A stretch of 63,572 nt of DNA, counting the filler, from Olpidium bornovanus S191 (taxonomy: Eukaryota; Fungi; Olpidiomycota), in NCBI GenBank assembly GCA_017911155.1. It is 30 parts of 30 records of this genome, joined end to end, with 100 filler letters (N's around TTAATTAATTAA, not from the genome) between each part and the next. Parts side by side here need not be neighbours in the genome. Positions count along the whole stretch, not along the records: positions 58,876 to 60,485 come from JAEFCI010005793.1; positions 60,586 to 63,572 come from JAEFCI010001680.1; 28 more parts are not named here. The stretch is one strand, 5' to 3'. The position numbers and the translations under genes are program-made. Below the pieces are notes generated by a model that was not told the origin of the DNA, did no database searches, and saw nothing but the letters and a program-made list of their open reading frames with translations. The number at the start of each line of letters is the position of its first letter. Positions within the stretch are counted from its first letter, which is position 1. Positions 60,354-63,572 of this stretch are shown piece after piece.

Positions 60354-63300
60354 CCTCTGCCGAGAGCGAAAAGAAGAAGCGGGAGAACACACGTGCGCCC
60401 GGGGGGGGGCGGAAGGGCGTGTGCGGGAAGAGTGAGGGGACGGCGCGGAGCGGGGCCGCCGCACGACGCAAAAACGGCATTCAGGNNNNNNNNNNNNNNN
60501 NNNNNNNNNNNNNNNNNNNNNNNNNNNNNTTAATTAATTAANNNNNNNNNNNNNNNNNNNNNNNNNNNNNNNNNNNNNNNNNNNNTCATGCCGCCCCTGG
60601 CAGAAGAGTCATCCACCGGAAGGCCAAAACGCCCTCGAGAGGAAACTGCGAATAGTAGGAATAGTTCGATCATCGCAAATGCCAGTACAGAAAACATCGA
60701 ATGCTCACACTGTGAAGTTTCTTGAACGGCGGAAAAATGGACGACGGGCCTTTGAAAAAAACAAAGCGGAGATATGCAGTGTATCATTAAGTCTGAAAAT
60801 CAAATAAAAATTTCCGCGACAATCCAAAAACGTCAGGTAGACATTCTGGCAATCGCTCCTCAGCGAAGGAGCGCGTTCCCATTTCCTCATGATCGATAAG
60901 ACATGGTGGAAAAAACCTCATCACGCGCGCGCTGAAGTATTCGCCAAGTAACCATCGCTAACTTACAGAAGCATCGCGATGAAAAACGTTTAAAGTACCT
61001 AATCGTTGAAGATTAAGACAGGTTAGCAGCAACCCTAACGCAGCGCGCTAGTCATCCAAAACCGGCAAATTTCCTTCAGTGCTAAACAGTTTTCTCATGG
61101 TTTTTCGATGTGAGCTGAGTAAAGCTTGCTCATCAAAAGGTGAGAAAAGGGATGTTCACTCCTGACTAACCTGTGGCTTCAGAGCGCTTTCGACTCGGAC
61201 AAGCCACCGCAATCATTTAACGTAGCAACGGATGGCGCGTATCCGCGTCTAAAATAATCAAAGTTGGAGAATTAGAACACGACAACGGGAGAGCACACAA
61301 GACTCTGCGCTTATAGTCCATCAGATGGAACTGTCTGTACGACATGTGCATTCTCGACAAGGTGTGTTCCGTCTGGGGCGGCAACGTATTTCTCATCTCT
61401 TGGAGCGCTTATACAAAAAAATGCACCGCCATGCTTACCCGCTGAAGATACGAGGATACGAAAGTCCGGAAAGGCGGCACAAACCTACAGGGCTGGCAGG
61501 AGAACGAACCGCAAGTTCTGGTTAGGGCATGAACAAACCACATCGTCACGAACGTAGCTACAGGTCAAGGCTCAGTGTGTTTGAAAATATGGTGCTCTTC
61601 AGGCGGCAGGGTCTTACGTCTGCCTCAGAAACACGGACCAAACATCGGTTCATCGTCACCGTCGACGACCACCCGGGGCAAGGAGGAGTGACCACCCGGG
61701 GCGGGGAGGGGGGAGGGGGGGGGGGAGGGGCGACGGCTCCGCAACTCCCCCCGCCGCGTTATGTACCAGAGGTTCCCGCTGGCCGGCTGACGAGAATGAG
61801 AGCGGCCTTTCGTTTCTCGGGAGGACGGGTCGGCCGGCATTTTTGCGGGATGGAGGGCGGGAAGCAACGGCCAGAAAAAGCACCGTTCGGTCTGGGCGGG
61901 GGACCCCTTTTTATACCTCGGGCGTCCAACCGGCGACAAAAAAGAAACCGAAAAAAAAACGAAAAAACCAAAAACAAAGCGGGCTCTCCTGGGGGGGGGG
62001 GGGGGGGGGACAAGGGGGGGAAAAAGGGAAAGGGAGGAGGTTGTGGTGGAAGAGAAAGTAGTGGGTTGTGGGAACGATAACCCCCCCCCCTTCGCCCATT
62101 TGTGCATATGCCGACAACGCATTATACATTCTGTACTGTACTGTACTGTGGTCGACCGTCCTGCACGATAAACGGCGCCGGCGACGTGAACAACTGACGG
62201 CAGCCAGTGTTGTGGGCTTTCGACGGAGAGAGAAGAAAATCAGGGAGAATAAGAATAGTAAATGGAGGAGAGGCAAAGAGAAAAGCAACGGATTCCGTGG
62301 ATAGCGAATTGCCGTCGAGGCGCCGCTGATTTCTATACGGCACCCTCGGCAAGCAATCTTTGGTTCTCGCTCTGCCGATGCGGGCGTCGGCGTCCCCTTT
62401 CTGGTGCCCTGCTTTTCGCTCTGGCAGCTGATTTGCCCGCGGCTGGACGACACCCCCCTTTCTGCTTGCCCCGTCAATAACCTGCTTTCGTCCTGATCTC
62501 CGGGCCCTCTGCTACATCATGCGGTGTTCAGAACCGGTTTTCGGTAACCGGCCAATGCGTCGTTGGTTGGTTAAGATCGTGGTAGCATGTTTTATGAAAC
62601 CCGACGTGGCCTGTAGCCGGTTCGGAGAGCAGTTCTGAAATCTCGGAGGGCATGAGAGCTGTGACTCCGACACGGCATCGACATAATTACCGGCGTCCAA
62701 GGAATGGCCGTCTGGTTGGCGGGCGGCAAATACCATCGATAAAGAGCGAAAGAAAAAAAAGGAACGGAGAAAGGGAAACAGCGCTCTCCGCCAGAATGGT
62801 TGCCCGGGGGCCTCATGAAGACCGCGCAGCAGCACCCTTGATTGCGAACTGCTCCTGCTTGGCGAGAACTATCATGCAGGACCCCTCTCCTTAGAGGAGC
62901 GCTAGGCATTGAGGGTCGCGGGATAAAAATGAAAGAGTGCCGGGCGGCGGTGGCCGTAGTTGCTCTGGCAGCACATTATGCGGCTCCCTGGTCCTAGGCC
63001 AACGTGAGCGTGCACTGACACAGGTCATCGGGAAGGCGAACGTTTGCCCATCATCAAAGGCCATATGGGGTCAAGAGATCCGATCTCCGCCGGAGGGAGG
63101 GGGGGGTCAAGAGTTGGTGTGCCGCGCGGCCTGCCACTGGGACCAGCCAGTGCACGTTTGACCCTCCAAGGTAGCCGCGGCTGTGAGCGATGTGAGCCGT
63201 TCACGCGGCGTGAAAAAGAGTGACGCATCTTCGCCAAAATCGAACGCGACATTGGAACAGTTAAAACTAAAGGATATGGTTCCGGCGGAAGCGGAGGCGC

Positions 63301-63572
63301 CTGCTGAGGGCCTGCAGAAGAAGGGCGCGCGACGGGAACCAAAATGCCAATGTTTCTCACGGCGCCTCGGTTTGCGATTCTCCGTGGCATGTATCCGCGG
63401 ATTGACGGATGTTGTGGTTCGGCGTAGTGCGGTGGTTGCTGCTCCCCTTACAACGGCAAAAAACAGATCTAGATGGTGTCTTGTTTCTGACTGTACAAGT
63501 GGGCAGCTCAGGGCAAAAGTTAAGGGGCCATGAAAATGTTGAGGCGTGGGAGTCAGAGGAAAGTGGAGTCGA

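Noticed and set aside
1-63572. Gene neighbourhoods or clusters spanning linkers (e.g. SUOX next to gag next to H4-like)
   Set aside because: The contigs are unordered, so adjacency across linkers carries no information.
60586-63572. Short ORFs in the last contig (and in contigs at 11300-12647 and 32345-33442)
   Set aside because: No recognisable motif, codon bias or consistent splice model, so they are left unannotated.

Overview
Eukaryotic DNA from a GC-rich, intron-dense fungus. Tos4-like, Sac7-like and fungal-type stand-alone Ade8 genes point to fungi. Membrane-anchored Uxs1 and abundant homopolymer tracts fit an early-diverging lineage; Olpidium-like is my inference only. The window is not contiguous: it is 30 short contigs (about 1-6 kb) joined by 29 artificial 100-bp linkers (44 N + TTAATTAATTAA + 44 N), so gene order across linkers is meaningless and most genes are partial. 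By hand-splicing GT-AG introns I recognise HDHD5/CECR5-like HAD hydrolase, NUP2/NUP50, a LEA_2 membrane protein, SEC6, TOS4-like, a Sel1-repeat CaaX protein, NCS6, a LETM1-domain protein, an F-box protein, ADE8, an OYE/NamA-type oxidoreductase, UXS1, WBP2-like, sulfite oxidase, SNF4, a Sac7-like RhoGAP, WRAP53/TCAB1-like and a NOP4-like RRM protein. Mobile elements are a Ty1/Copia 3' end with a 151-bp LTR, a hAT transposase interrupted by a deleted Ty3/Gypsy element, a gag-like remnant and a two-copy dispersed repeat. The best biological lead is an intron-containing, strongly divergent histone H4-like gene (about 47762-48660). It is about 60% identical to canonical H4, has lost several conserved DNA- and H2B-contact residues, and has a long repeat-bearing N-tail. 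A second notable signal is that 12 of 58 linker-adjacent contig ends have CATG within 2 bp of the end. No tRNA, rRNA or CRISPR array could be supported.
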